Both the position numbers and the translations under genes were made by a program. 15,267 nucleotides of DNA from Octopus sinensis. Its lineage: Eukaryota. Under the pieces are notes generated by a model, which searched no databases, was not told the DNA's origin, and saw only the letters and a list, made by a program, of their open reading frames with translations. Positions 1-11,845 of this stretch are shown here, piece after piece. Within the stretch, counting starts at the first letter, position 1. Each line of letters begins with the position of its first letter. The stretch covers positions 1 to 15,267 of the forward strand of contig NW_021825440.1 of assembly GCF_006345805.1 (NCBI RefSeq), in the 5' to 3' direction.

Positions 1-267
1 GAGAGAAGAGAGAGATAGAGAGAGTGAGAGAAGAGAAGAGGGAGGCAGAAAAGAAAGAGAGATAAACAAAGAGAAAGAGAGAAAGAGAGAGAGAGGGGGA
101 GAAAACGATGTTTATGTGGTGATGGAAATGTGTGCGTGTGTTATAATGTGGTATAGTGCGTGTGTGTATGTATGGTTGTGAGCGCATGCGATTGTGGTGT
201 GTGGTTGGTGTGTGGTGGTTGTGTGTGTGTGTGTGCGTACATGGTGTGTGTTATGCACGTGCATGGT

Positions 268-303
<36 letters not shown>

Positions 304-690
304 ATTCATAGAAATGTGTTTAGTTTAAATTGTTCGAAGACAGGTTTTCAAACTTTAAGGTGAATCTATGATTATGAGAGGGTGGAGAGAAAGGAGAGGG
401 AGAGGAGAGAAAGTGTGAGAGAGAGAGAGAGGGCAAGGCTGAGAGAAGACTATAAAGAGGGAGATGGAGGAGAGAGAGACAGAGAGAGAAAGGGTGAGAG
501 ATATAGGGAAGACAGAGACAGGAAATAGAGAAGTGGGAGAGATAGAATCGGGAGATAGAAAAGACAGATATTGGAAAAGGAAGGACGGAAAGAAAGAAAG
601 AAAGAAAGAAAGAAAGAATTAATGAATGAAAGAAAGATGAATGAAAGAAACAACGACAGAAAGAGAAAGAAAAGAAGAACGAAGGAAAGA
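1..690. repeat. Purine-rich (GA)n/(GAAA)n and (TG)n simple-repeat mosaic
   Basis: Directly visible: GA runs at 1-100 and 277-690, degenerate TG repeats at ~130-276. Confidence 0.95.
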
Positions 691-1471
691 AAGTTTAGGT
701 GATAATGAAAATGGTGTGTGTTTACGTATAACAGTTTACGTGTATGCGTATGGTTGTGCCCATGCGATTATGTGTGTGTATATGTATATATATATATATG
801 TGTGTGTGTACACTCCTGTGTGTGTGTGTGTTGTGTGGGTTATGAATGAATGAGAAAGAGTTAGCTAATTAACTGTTTTTTAAAAACTCTAGAGATCCCG
901 TTGAAAAACGGGTGAGATCGATATGTAAAATTTTCTTCGTCTCATTCAACTTTGTAATGGCGAAAGTTGTCCTGTTTAAAAAGCCGCTATTATAATCGTT
1001 AATTAATCAATCTAGTCTACAGACAACAATAATGACATCCAGTCTGGATCCATTGTCCAAGAACTGGGAATGACATCAATTCTTTTGTATACTTGTCTTT
1101 TCCAGAGCCCATTTACATTGAAAGCATCGTATTCCAAGAGAAGGCCTTGCAACTCTTCTCTATTCAACGATTTCATTGCTATCACAGGCACAAAACCGTT
1201 CTCAATAGCTTTGCATTTTCATTGTTTCGTTGTTTCGTCTTCTTAAAGCCTTTGGGAGTAGTAAAACCATTTAGAATGGTAGTTCGGATGGTGGCGGCGG
1301 TGTGGGTGGTGGTGGTGGTGGTGGTAATGCAGAAGTGGTGGTGGCAGCGGCGGTGGTGGGCGGGGGGGTGGTGGGGGTGGTGGTGGTGTGGTGGTAGCGT
1401 TGGCGGTGGTGGAGGTTTTGGCGGCTGCAATGTGGTGGTGGTGGTGGGTGGTGGTGGTGGTGGTGGTGGTG

Positions 1472-1763
1472 GTAGCATCGGTGGTTGTGGTGGGGTGGTG
1501 GTGGTGGTGGTAGTGGTAGCATCGGTGGTTGGTGGTGGTGGCGGGTGGTGGTAGTGGTAGCATCGTTGGTGGGTGGTGGCGGTGATGGTAGTGGTAGCAG
1601 TGTGGGGTGGCGGTGGTGGTAGTGGTAGCATCGGTTGTGGTGTTGGTAGTGTAGCATCGGTGGTGTGGTGGTGGGGCGGTGGTGGTAGTGGTAGCATCGG
1701 TGGTGGTGGTGGCGGTGGTGGTGGCGGCATCGGTGGTGGTGTAGGCGGTGGCGGCGGCATTGG
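1472..1763 (+). repeat. Minisatellite-like higher-order repeat with core GTAGCATCG inside the GGT block
   Basis: GTAGCATCG at 1472, 1516, 1557, 1625, 1651 and 1691; variants GGCGGCATCGG (1723) and GGCGGCATTGG (1753). Confidence 0.85.
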
Positions 1764-2372
1764 TGGTAGTAGTGGTGGTGGTGGTGGTGATGGTAGTGGT
1801 TACGGCGGCGGTGGTGGTGGCGGCGATGGTGGTGGCAACGGCGGTCGTGGTGGTAGTGGGGGTTGTGGTGGTGGTGGTTACGGTGGTAGTGGTGGTGGCT
1901 ACGGTGGTAGTGGTGGTGGGAGAGCGGTAGTAGGCGTTGTCTACGATGGTGGTGGTGGTGGTGTTGAATCTCGTCGTCGTGGCTGGGGAGGTAGTGGAGG
2001 TTGTGGCGGTGGAAGAGGGATTAGATGGTATTTGTGATGGTGGTGGCTCTCGTCGTCATCATCGTTGTCATTGTCGTCGTGGCATGGTGTTTGTGATGGT
2101 TGTGATGGTGGTGGTGGTGGTGGTGGTGGTGGTGGTGGTGTAGATGGTGGGAATGGTGTGAAAGGTGATGGGAAGTAGTAGCATTGGTGATGGTGGTGTT
2201 AGTAGTGGTATGGTGGATGGAAGTGGCGGTGGTGCTGTTGTTGGTTTTGGGATGATGGTGGGGGTAGAGGTGTGGTTGGTGGAGGTGGTGTCGGTGATGG
2301 CGGTGATGGTAGCAATAAATTTAATACTAGTAATAGTAATGGTGGTGGTAAAAGTAGTGGTGTTAGTAATAT

Positions 2373-2411
<39 letters not shown>

Positions 2412-2677
2412 CATTAGTAGTAGTAGTAGTTGTTGTTGTTGTTGTAGTTGCTATTGCTGGTTGTGTGTGGTTGACGATTTGATGGTTTAGGTGTTGATAG
2501 TCATGTTGGTAGTGGTGGTGGTGGTGGTGGTAGTGGTAGTGGTCGTCGTCGTCGTCGTCGTGATTGTGGTGTGGGGCGGTGGTATAGCTGGTGGTTGTGA
2601 CGGTCGTCTAGGTGGTAGTGGCAATGCTGGTTGCGATGGTAGCCGTTGTGGCGGTGGCTATGGCGGTAGTGATGACA

Positions 2678-2956
2678 GTGATGGTGGTGGTGGTGGTGAT
2701 GGTTGTGGCGGTTGTGATGACGGTGGTGGTGGTGGTGGTTGTGGCGACGGTGGTGGTTGTGGTTGTGGTGACGGTGGTGATGGTGGTGACGGTGGTGGTG
2801 GTGGTGATGGTGGTGGTGATGGTGGCGGTGATGGTGGTGGTGGTGATGGTTGTGGCGGTTGTGATGACGGTGGTGGTGGTGGTGTTGTGGCGACGGTGGT
2901 GGTTGTGGTTGTGGTGACGGTGGTGATGGTGGTGACGGTGGTGGTGGTGGTGGTGA
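2678..2956 (+). repeat. Near-identical direct duplication of ~130 bp with a 147-bp period
   Basis: GATGGTTGTGGCGGTTGTGATGACGGT...TGTGGCGACGGTGGTGGTTGTGGTTGTGGTGACGGTGGTGATGGTGGTGAC occurs twice (GAC at 2719 vs 2866). Copy 2 lacks one G at ~2884. Confidence 0.9.
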
Positions 2957-3691
2957 CGGTGGTGGTGGTGGTGGTGGTGGTGGTGGTGGTGGTAGCGATT
3001 GTGGATGGTGGTGGCGGTGATGGTGGTGGTGGTGGTGGTGGTGGTGGTGGTGGTAGTAGTGGTGATGGTGGTTGTGGCGGTGGCGGTGCGGTGGCGGTGA
3101 CGGAGGCGGTGGTATTGGTGGCGGCGGCATGCCGGTGGCTGTGGTGGTCGTGCTGCTGGTGGTAGCCTCGACGGTTATGTTGACGGCGGGGGCGGCGGCG
3201 GGGGCGGCGGCGGGGGCGGCGGCGGGGGCGGCGGCGGCGGCGGTGGCGATGTTGGCCTTGCCGGCGGCCTTCGTGGTGGCCTTGCCGGTCTCGCGTATAC
3301 TCTTATTCAGTTCATGCTGACTAAAACGAAAACATTTGAAAGCAAGACAATAACGACTTTGTCACGGCGCAAGCTTTTCTTCACCAGTTCGCCTGATAAA
3401 CCGAAACTGTTCTTTAGTGATTCTTCCCATAGACAAAAGGTCTATTTTCACCATTGCGTCTTATATTGTCTCATCCACTGCATGCCAGAATGATGGTGAC
3501 ACTGGGCCTATCCGCCGCCCCCCCACACACACACACACCGCCGCCCACTCGCGTACGGTTCCCATTGAAAAGCACATCTTTATGCATTTCAAATGGTATA
3601 CTTTGTTTAAATTGTTGTAGGTTGTGTTATTGTTGTTGTTGCTGCTGCTACAATAATAGTGTCATCTGTGTGTGTGTATATATATATGTGA

Positions 3692-3727
<36 letters not shown>

Positions 3728-3729
<2 letters not shown>

Positions 3730-3814
3730 TCTTTTTCTTGTTTCAGTCAGTGTTTCAGTCACTGTGGCCATGCTGGAGCAGCACCTTTAGTCGAGCAAAT
3801 CGACCCCGGGACTT
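3728..3814 (-). mobile_element. SINE family 1, 3' portion, minus strand
   Basis: Reverse complement reads AAGTCCCGGGGTCGATTTGCTCGACTAAAGGTGCTGCTCCAGCATGGCCACAGT...GACTGAAACAAG, matching plus-strand copies at 3898-3946 and 5367-5445. Confidence 0.9.
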
Positions 3815-3962
3815 GACAACCGATGGTGGTGTGTTTACGTCTCTGTTACCTCGCGGTTCGGCAAAGAGACCGATAGAATAAGTACTAAGCTTACAAAGAC
3901 TAAAGGCGGTGCTCCAGCATGGCAACAGTCAAATGACTGAAACAAGTAAATGAGTAAAAGAG
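3812..3962 (+). mobile_element. SINE family 1, 3' half, with a ~25-bp internal deletion
   Basis: CTTGACAACCGATG...GCGGTTCGGCAAA...GAATAAGTAC...AAGGCGGTGCTCCAGCATGG...GACTGAAACAAGT is shared with copies at 4378-4550 and 5294-5445. Confidence 0.9.
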
Positions 3963-3987
3963 TATATATATATAAACATATATATAT

Positions 3988-4024
<37 letters not shown>

Positions 4025-4054
4025 TGTATGTATGTATGTATGTATGTATGTATG
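3963..4054. repeat. (TA)n then (TATG)n microsatellite
   Basis: Directly visible. Confidence 0.95.
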
Positions 4055-4302
4055 GAAGGACTTCACTACCTCATATGTTCTTAAAATTTAAATCCACATC
4101 TTTGTCTATATATCTACCTTCTCTATAATGTTGCTACTTGATTTGAAAATTTTTGTATTAATGGAAAACCTCTATAATTGGCTAATGAGTACTCAGCATC
4201 TTAAATCTGTTGTAATACTTACAACATTTAATAAAATGATGTAGTACGAAACGATCGTACCAAATTACCGGAGTCATTCTTGCTGCTTATTTTGATTATA
4301 TT

Positions 4303-4333
<31 letters not shown>

Positions 4334-4375
4334 ATGTATATATAGTGTGTGTGTGGCGTGTGTCTATATTCACTT

Positions 4376-4563
4376 ACCACTTGACAACTGATGTTGGTTT
4401 CTTCATGTTCCCTTCCCTTAGCGGTTCGGCAAAATATATCGGTTGAATAAGTACCAGATTCAAAAACGCATAAGTAGGGATCCCCTTGTTGGACTAAATA
4501 CTTGAAAGCTATGATCCAGCATGGGCACAGAACAACTACTGAAACAAGTGAATGATAAAAATA
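4376..4563 (+). mobile_element. SINE family 1, 3' half, diverged copy
   Basis: ACTTGACAACTGATG...TAGCGGTTCGGCAAAA...GAATAAGTACC...TCCAGCATGG...ACTGAAACAAGT is colinear with 3812-3962. Confidence 0.85.
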
Positions 4564-4566
4564 AAA

Positions 4567-4758
4567 TATTCTTTTCTACTTTAGGGCACTAGTCGATTAG
4601 ATCGACCCTAGTATGCAACTGGTACTTAATTTATCGACCCCGAAAAGATGAAAGGTGAAATCGACCTCGGCGGAATTTGAACTCAGAACATAAAGACAGA
4701 CGAAATACCGCTAAATATTTCGCTCGGCGTGCTAAAGTTTCTGCCAGCTCGTCACGTT
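4567..4758 (-). mobile_element. SINE family 2 (tRNA-derived head), near full-length monomer
   Basis: Minus strand shows an A-box-like GAGCTGGCAGAAACTTTAG and a B-box-like GAGTTCAAATTC. The body (GTCGATTAGATCGACCC...TGGTACTTAATTTATCGACCCCGAAA...GGAATTTGAACTCAG on +) recurs at 11330-11437, 14380-14497 and 14563-14681. Confidence 0.9.
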
Positions 4759-4764
4759 ATAAAA

Positions 4765-5453
<689 letters not shown>

Positions 5454-5464
5454 ATTAAGCAACA

Positions 5465-5505
<41 letters not shown>

Positions 5506-5526
5506 GCACCATTTGTTCATAGTTAC

Positions 5527-5670
5527 CATTTCCAGTCACATCGACAAAATCCTTAACGGAAATAATCTTGAGACACTGTTTCGAATCGAAGGTACAGCCA
5601 TGTCCTGTTAATATCAAACGGATTTCAGGAGAGTAACGTCCACAACAAGAAGTTGTTTTCCCCCAGATCA
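5527..5670 (-). CDS. Candidate internal exon, 144 nt, phase 1-1, of an unidentified gene (xIWGKTTSCCGRYSPEIRLILTGHGCTFDSKQCLKIISVKDFVDVTGN); could equally be a UTR exon
   Basis: Strong polypyrimidine acceptor (long T-rich tract ending CGTAG| at 5671), donor ATG|GTAACT at 5526, open frame, length divisible by 3, non-repetitive sequence. No recognisable domain. Confidence 0.35.
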
Positions 5671-6537
5671 CTACGAAAAAAAAAAGAAAACTTGGTTTGA
5701 AAAAACAAAACTTCAACATATTTTGAGTCTATTTGAGAAGCCATAATTAAATTAATTAATTAATCATTATTATCTAAATGATATAAAAGTATTTATTATT
5801 AACATTATATTCATCATCATCGCCATTGTTTGTGCTATTTTTCTTTTCGTTTTGTTTTCTTTTTACTTCCGGAAGTCGAGCTAGTTTTTGTATTCTAATT
5901 TTTTTATATATTATTCTCAGATTTGGCAATTTTATTTAAATGATCTTTTAAATATTTATTTAATTATTTTAAAAAAATATTTTTATATTTATTTTCATTT
6001 TTTATATAATTTTAATTTTTCGTTTTGTTTGTCTTTTTTGATTTGTTGGGATTTGTTTTCATTTTTTAATTTTTTTTTTGCAACTCTTCTTTAAATGTCT
6101 TCCTTCTGTATTGTTTCTCCATCTCTCTCTTGTTTGGAAAACAGCAAACATTCATTCGTTATCCGTTCAATCAGTCTCCCAACCAATTCTCTGCGAGCTC
6201 TCGCATCGTTCTTCATTGTTAGTAAAACACAAAAGGAAAAATAACAGCGAAAAGAATTTCTGACTGACACACTCTTCCTTTCACTATCCTTTACTCCATC
6301 TCTCCAAAAAAAAACTTCCCTCTGTCTTCCCCTTTCGCTTTCTCTCTGTTTCTCTCCTTCAAACAAAAACATATACACACAGACGAAAAATCACGCACAC
6401 ACTCACATGTATATAGCACATATGTATATATACATATACACCCCTGAATATTTACAAGCATAAGCACCAGCATGAACGAATATCTTAACGCTTTTCTTTG
6501 GACATAGTTTCATGTATGCGCAGAGCAGTTCTTAAAA

Positions 6538-6612
6538 CTATATTATAATATAATAATATATATATATTATATATATATATTATATATATATATATGTATA
6601 TTATTATATATA

Positions 6613-6660
<48 letters not shown>

Positions 6661-6667
6661 ATATATA

Positions 6668-6706
<39 letters not shown>

Positions 6707-6927
6707 CATATATATAAATACATATCATGCATTATACATAATACATATATATATGAATGATGTATGTGTATATATATATATGTATAATATATATATACAT
6801 AAATGCATATATACATATTATAATCGTATACATATATATATATGTATACTATACATACATATATATGTATATGAATGTGTGTATGTGTATATATATATGT
6901 ATATATATGTATATATATATATATATG

Positions 6928-6969
<42 letters not shown>

Positions 6970-7117
6970 AGATAGATAGTTGGAGAAAGAGAGACGAAGT
7001 ATTAGAAAACAATTAAAGGAATCATAAGCTTAAATATGTTTGGCAATGCGTGCTTACGTGTGTGTGTATGTCATATATATGCATGTATATATATATATAG
7101 ATATATATATATATATA

Positions 7118-7150
<33 letters not shown>
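6538..7150. repeat. Long degenerate (TA)n/(TACA)n microsatellite tract
   Basis: Directly visible. Confidence 0.95.
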
Positions 7151-7155
<5 letters not shown>

Positions 7156-7415
7156 AAATATGTGTGTAGTAACTGTGTCTGCGAAGATGTGTATGTTTAT
7201 GTGCTTGAGTATAAGAGAATATATACGTGTATGTGTTTGTGTGTAAGTCTGTGTATGTTTTGAGATGGATGTACGAGCATGCATGCGAGTATGAGCCTGT
7301 GTGACTGAAATGAACTGTCACTATTGTTTCTATAAATTTTCGTATGTGGGCACGTGTGTGTGTGTCCGTGTGTCCGTGTGTGTGTGTGTGTGAAGCTCTA
7401 AGGGTGTGCATCTGA

Positions 7416-7446
<31 letters not shown>

Positions 7447-7547
7447 AACGTATGAGAGTGTTGCATTTTTTTCTTAAATTTATATTTCTTCATTTAATTT
7501 TTTTAATATATTTATTATTAAAATTACTGTCTTTGTTGGTGTTGTTC

Positions 7548-7579
7548 ATTGTTGTTGTTATTATTGTTGTTGTTATTAC

Positions 7580-7654
<75 letters not shown>

Positions 7655-7692
7655 CATTATTTTATTATTATTATTATTATCATTATTATTAT
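7548..7692. repeat. (GTT)n/(ATT)n microsatellite
   Basis: Directly visible. Confidence 0.95.
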
Positions 7693-7809
7693 TCATTTTG
7701 TTTTTCAACGTAACCTTTTCACTCTTTGTTCCATCTGTATATTCTTTGCCAATCCCGACCATTCTTTTTGTTACTTGTTCTCATATTTTTATTTTCTGCA
7801 AATTTCGTG

Positions 7810-7821
7810 CATATGTGTATA

Positions 7822-7852
<31 letters not shown>

Positions 7853-7909
7853 ATGTGTGTGTGTGTGTTGTATGTATGTCTATATTTTATATATGTATAT
7901 ACATATATT

Positions 7910-7944
<35 letters not shown>

Positions 7945-8200
7945 GTGTGCATGTACATATATGCATATATATAAGTATATGTATATATATATACATATAT
8001 ACATACATTCATGCATTTATATTTATGTATGTGATACAAGCGGAAGCTGACGTATATATACATATGCATACATATACATTTATAGATGAATGTCTATAGA
8101 AACACGTATACAGCTAAATATATATGTGTGAATATATATATATATATATATATATGCTTATATATATATATATTCATAAATGCGCATATATACATATATT
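7810..8200. repeat. Degenerate (TA)n/(TG)n microsatellite tract
   Basis: Directly visible. Confidence 0.9.
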
Positions 8201-8629
8201 CCTACGGCAAAGCAATACGGCTTTTCTTTGTTGTTTGTTTTTTTACTTTTCTTTCCTTTTCTTTTCTTTTCTTTTCTTTTCTTTTCTCTCTCTTCATCTT
8301 TATTTTGTTTTTTTTTTTCTATCCGTTCTTTCTTTATTTCGGAAATTTCATTTAAAGTAAGTTTGCTGAAAAGTTATTTAGTCGGAAGAAGATACAAAAA
8401 CAAACGAACAAAAAAGCCCTCACAAAAACACCAAAAAACACACAAATTTTCAAAAAAATAATGAGACAACATCAAAAACAAAATACAGAAAAAACAAATG
8501 CTAAATTGAAAAACTCACTAAAACCTCTTTACAAACAAATCTTAACTCAGCTTGCTAAAATCTTCCATTAATTAATTTGCCATTGTCTCGTAGTTATAGC
8601 CGTTACAGTTGTTACTATTATTGCCGTTT

Positions 8630-8631
8630 TG

Positions 8632-8690
<59 letters not shown>

Positions 8691-8705
8691 TTATTAATTT
8701 ATTTA

Positions 8706-8746
<41 letters not shown>

Positions 8747-9200
8747 TAATTATTATTATTATTATTATTTTTATTATCATTATTATTATTATTATTATTA
8801 TTTTATTTTTATTATTATTATTATTATTATTACTTATTATTATTATTATTACTTTTATTATTATTATTATTATTATTATATTATTATTATTATTGTGTTG
8901 TTTTTGTTGTTGTTGTTGTTTATCATCATCATCATCACATTATCATTATTGTTGTTGTTGTTGTTATTGTTGATGTTATTGTTTGCCGTTTTTATTACCA
9001 TTGATTTTTTTTTATTTTCGGGGGAGGTGGTGATGGAGGAGGAGATGGTGGTGGTGGTGGAGGTAGTGGTAGTCGTGGGTGGAGGGAAATTCGTATTGAT
9101 ACTTGTTATAATAGTGGTCCTGTTGATTGTTTTTTTCATAATGGTGTTGTTGTTGCTGATGGTGGTCGTCATGGTCGTCGTGGCCATCTTACTATTATGA
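8630..9200. repeat. (ATT)n grading into (GTT)n/(ATC)n/(GGT)n trinucleotide repeats
   Basis: Directly visible. Confidence 0.9.
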
Positions 9201-9362
9201 TTTTTGGGAATTTTTTAAACTTCTTTTTTATAGGAGGGGGTGTAATTATCTTTATTTACCTTTATTTATTTATTTGCTTATTTTTTTACGTTCCGCAAAG
9301 GAAACATGTTTTCGTTTCGAAGAATTTGTTTTTGTTCGATTTAATTTCTTTCACATAACACA

Positions 9363-9368
9363 ATTATT

Positions 9369-9399
<31 letters not shown>

Positions 9400-9555
9400 T
9401 ATTATTATTATTATTATTATCATTATTATTATTATTATTATTATTATGATTATCATTATTATTATTATATCATTATTATTATTATCATTATTTTATCATT
9501 ATTATTATTATATTATTATTATTATTATTATTATTATCATTATTATTATTTATTA

Positions 9556-9612
<57 letters not shown>

Positions 9613-9750
9613 CATCATCATTATTATTATTATTATATTATTATTATTATTATATTATATTATTATTGCTTCTGTGATGTTTTGTTTTTGTTGTTGTTGG
9701 TGTTTTGTTTGTTACTATTGTCGCTGTTGCTAATGTGTGACTATGTTGTT
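9363..9750. repeat. (ATT)n microsatellite with (GTT)n tail
   Basis: Directly visible. Confidence 0.95.
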
Positions 9751-9919
9751 ATTGTTTTCGTGCATACAATAAAGCTAAGCTGATAAAAACATAGCATACC
9801 TGTTATTTCAACCACAGGATGAAAAAAAGAGAAAAGTAAAAAAAAACTGTTTTTACTATTTTACCCTTAAGCCCAAAAGTAGGGATGCTATGAGCGTACA
9901 GATGCACACATGTACGTGT

Positions 9920-9920
9920 T

Positions 9921-9968
<48 letters not shown>

Positions 9969-10113
9969 CATACATACATACATGCATATACAAACATACA
10001 TTTATATATATATATGTATGTATTTACCTATACTTCTATATACACATACATACACACATGCTTATACATATATGTATATATGCACATACATACATCATAC
10101 ATACATATGTATA

Positions 10114-10160
<47 letters not shown>

Positions 10161-10161
10161 A
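9920..10161. repeat. (TA)n/(TACA)n microsatellite
   Basis: Directly visible. Confidence 0.95.
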
Positions 10162-10186
10162 CTTAGACAGTTTAATGATCGCCTAC

Positions 10187-10207
10187 CTGGCCGAAAATTC
10201 GAAGTCA
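10187..10207 (-). other. Candidate 21-nt microexon (TGACTTCGAATTTTCGGCCAG)
   Basis: Minus strand reads ACTTTTGACAG|TGACTTCGAATTTTCGGCCAG|GTAGGC. It is frame-preserving, and in phase 1 it is compatible with the 5527-5670 candidate. Splice-signal evidence only. Confidence 0.2.
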
Positions 10208-10362
10208 CTGTCAAAAGTATTCTTATTAAGGGATGATAAATAGCACTCAACAAAAATATTGGGTAATCCTTCGGTTTAAGGTAAAATTGTTTTTATTATA
10301 ACTTAACATAAAAATTTATATAAAATAGACACACACATACTCACACATGTTTGTATGTATGC

Positions 10363-10395
<33 letters not shown>

Positions 10396-10910
10396 CATAC
10401 ATATATATATATATATACATATATATTTAAATATTAAATTAATAATTATATATATATATGCATATATATATACATACAGTCATATATATATATAAATTAC
10501 ATTAATACGCTTTTTTGTACGTCCCTGATGTGTGAGAAACACTTACTTTAAAGAAGTGGCAAAGCGAGAGGGAGGAGGACAGAGAAGAAGTAAGAGATAA
10601 AGGGGAAGAGAGAGAGAGAGAGAGAGAGGAGAGGGGGGGAGAGAATGAAAGGGAGAGTCAGCAGTAATGGCGTTCGTTTCGTGCTTTTAAATGATTATCA
10701 CATCACAAGAGAAGTAGATACATAGATACATATACACATTATTAAATCAAAAGCGGGAAAGAAGAGGGACACAAACGAAGTGAAAGAGAAAGTAAGATAG
10801 ACAGCAGATACATAAATCCAAAGAAAAGTTCATGCATACATACATGCACACAGCAAATATTGTATGTTAATTTCACTTTTCATTACCACACGACGATAAA
10901 ATTAACAGAC

Positions 10911-10999
10911 ATGCATAACATTAACGTAGTTCTCAGGGAGATTCAGCCTCACACAGAATATGATGAGGCTATCCCCTTTTGAATTATAGCTACAACTCG
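10911..10999 (-). mobile_element. Fragment of a third octopus SINE-like repeat
   Basis: TAACGTAGTTCTCAGGGAGATTCAGC..ACACAGAAT.TGA..AGGCT..CCC.TTTGAATTA resembles an abundant octopus repeat I recall. There is no second copy in the window to confirm it. Confidence 0.5.
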
Positions 11000-11294
11000 A
11001 GACATATATATAAATGTATTTCTGTGGGTGTATAATTTAGGTTACTTAAAACATGCTTGCAATAAGTGTCGCGTGGTACAAATAATATCAAATAATTAAA
11101 CTTTCATTCATAAATCCATTTATTATTTCGTTCTTTTGCATTTCAATTTGTACATTAAGGTTCTTTGAATATTTACGATGTATTTTAAGGTTCAATAGTA
11201 ATTCCGTTTACATTTCTGTAACTGAGATATTTGGTTGGATTATACAGTCATTGGTGTTACATTACTTTCTATATTCTGTAACTGTCACAGTATA

Positions 11295-11437
11295 CTTTTC
11301 TAGGCCTGACATTTTCTGGGAAGGGGGCCAGTTGATTAGATCGACCCCAGTACAAACTGGTACGTAATTTATCGCCCCCGAAAGGACGAAAGGCAAGGAC
11401 GACCTCAGAATTTGAACTCAGGACTTAAAAACAGACG
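11295..11437 (-). mobile_element. SINE family 2, 5'-truncated diverged copy
   Basis: GATTAGATCGACCCCAGTAC..ACTGGTACGTAATTTATCGCCCCCGAAAGGACGAAAGGCAA...GAATTTGAACTCAG is colinear with 4592-4700. Confidence 0.88.
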
Positions 11438-11625
11438 GTAATAATATACAAACATTTCTCATGGCAACAGTACACTGTTGACAGACGCTTACATTTTTTT
11501 ATGTTTTCCGTGAATTTTCCAAGGGTCCAGCTAGTATATATAATTATTTTAAGAGAGAAAGTCAAAGCAAGATTTATCTCCTGCATACTGAACTGATGCC
11601 CAAGCATTACGAAGCGACCGAAAAA

Positions 11626-11765
11626 GTCTACTCTTTATGCAGAGTTTGACCACCTCCTGTACCTACACCTTAGCACCATCATGGCGTCTAATGTGGCTTT
11701 TTAAACCAAACAATGTTTTGAAAAGACACCCACATAGATTATATATCCGATTTGGACCACCAAGA
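11626..11765 (-). mobile_element. 3' end of an RTE-clade LINE (decayed C-terminal zinc-finger-like motif plus short 3' UTR)
   Basis: Minus-strand translation ...IYNLCGCLFKTLFGLKSHIRRHDGAKV* (stop 11663-11665) resembles the C-x2-C-x3-F-x4-GL-x-SH-x-R-x-H C-terminus typical of RTE/BovB-type ORFs, with the first Cys lost. Confidence 0.65.
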
Positions 11766-11774
11766 TCAAAGATC

Positions 11775-11775
<1 letters not shown>

Positions 11776-11840
<65 letters not shown>

Positions 11841-11845
11841 TAGAT
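11776..11845. repeat. (GATA)n/(GACA)n microsatellite
   Basis: Directly visible. Confidence 0.95.

Larger units (their letters stand above)
1288..3250. repeat. ~2 kb degenerate GGT/GGC/AGT trinucleotide low-complexity block (Gly-rich if read on +, Pro/Thr/His-rich on -)
   Basis: GGT-based triplets throughout; (AGT)n at ~2372-2430; (GGCGGCGGCGGG)-type units at 3185-3245. The Gly frame switches repeatedly, so there is no single long ORF. Confidence 0.9.

Noticed and set aside
1012-1220. Stop-free minus-strand frame (MKSLNREELQGLLLEYDAFNVNGLWKRQ...) and a plus-strand acceptor-like TCTTTTCCAG at ~1105
   Set aside because: Short, no recognisable homology, and no consistent splice donor/acceptor pair.
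1182-1760. Formin/extensin-like polyproline ORFs on the minus strand (PPMLPLPPPP repeats, ending ...PPPPSELPF*)
   Set aside because: Repeat cores are spaced 44, 41, 68, 26 and 40 nt, none a multiple of 3, so the frame is not preserved. There is no FH2 or other domain nearby.
1472-1763. CRISPR-like repeat-spacer pattern
   Set aside because: The core is only 9-11 nt, the spacers are GGT repeats of irregular length, and the context is eukaryotic with no cas genes.
6091-6215. Short minus-strand ORF MKNDARARRELVGRLIERITNECLLFSKQERDGETIQKEDI
   Set aside because: About 41 codons, running into GA-rich low complexity, with no supporting signals.
6485-10243. Numerous YIYI, poly-I, poly-L, poly-Y and poly-N ORFs in the ORF track
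   Set aside because: These are translations of (TA)n and (ATT)n microsatellites.
9858-10286. Possible MITE termini TTTTACCCTTAAGCCC / CGGTTTAAGGTAAAA
   Set aside because: Short, imperfect and AT-rich, with no target-site duplication.
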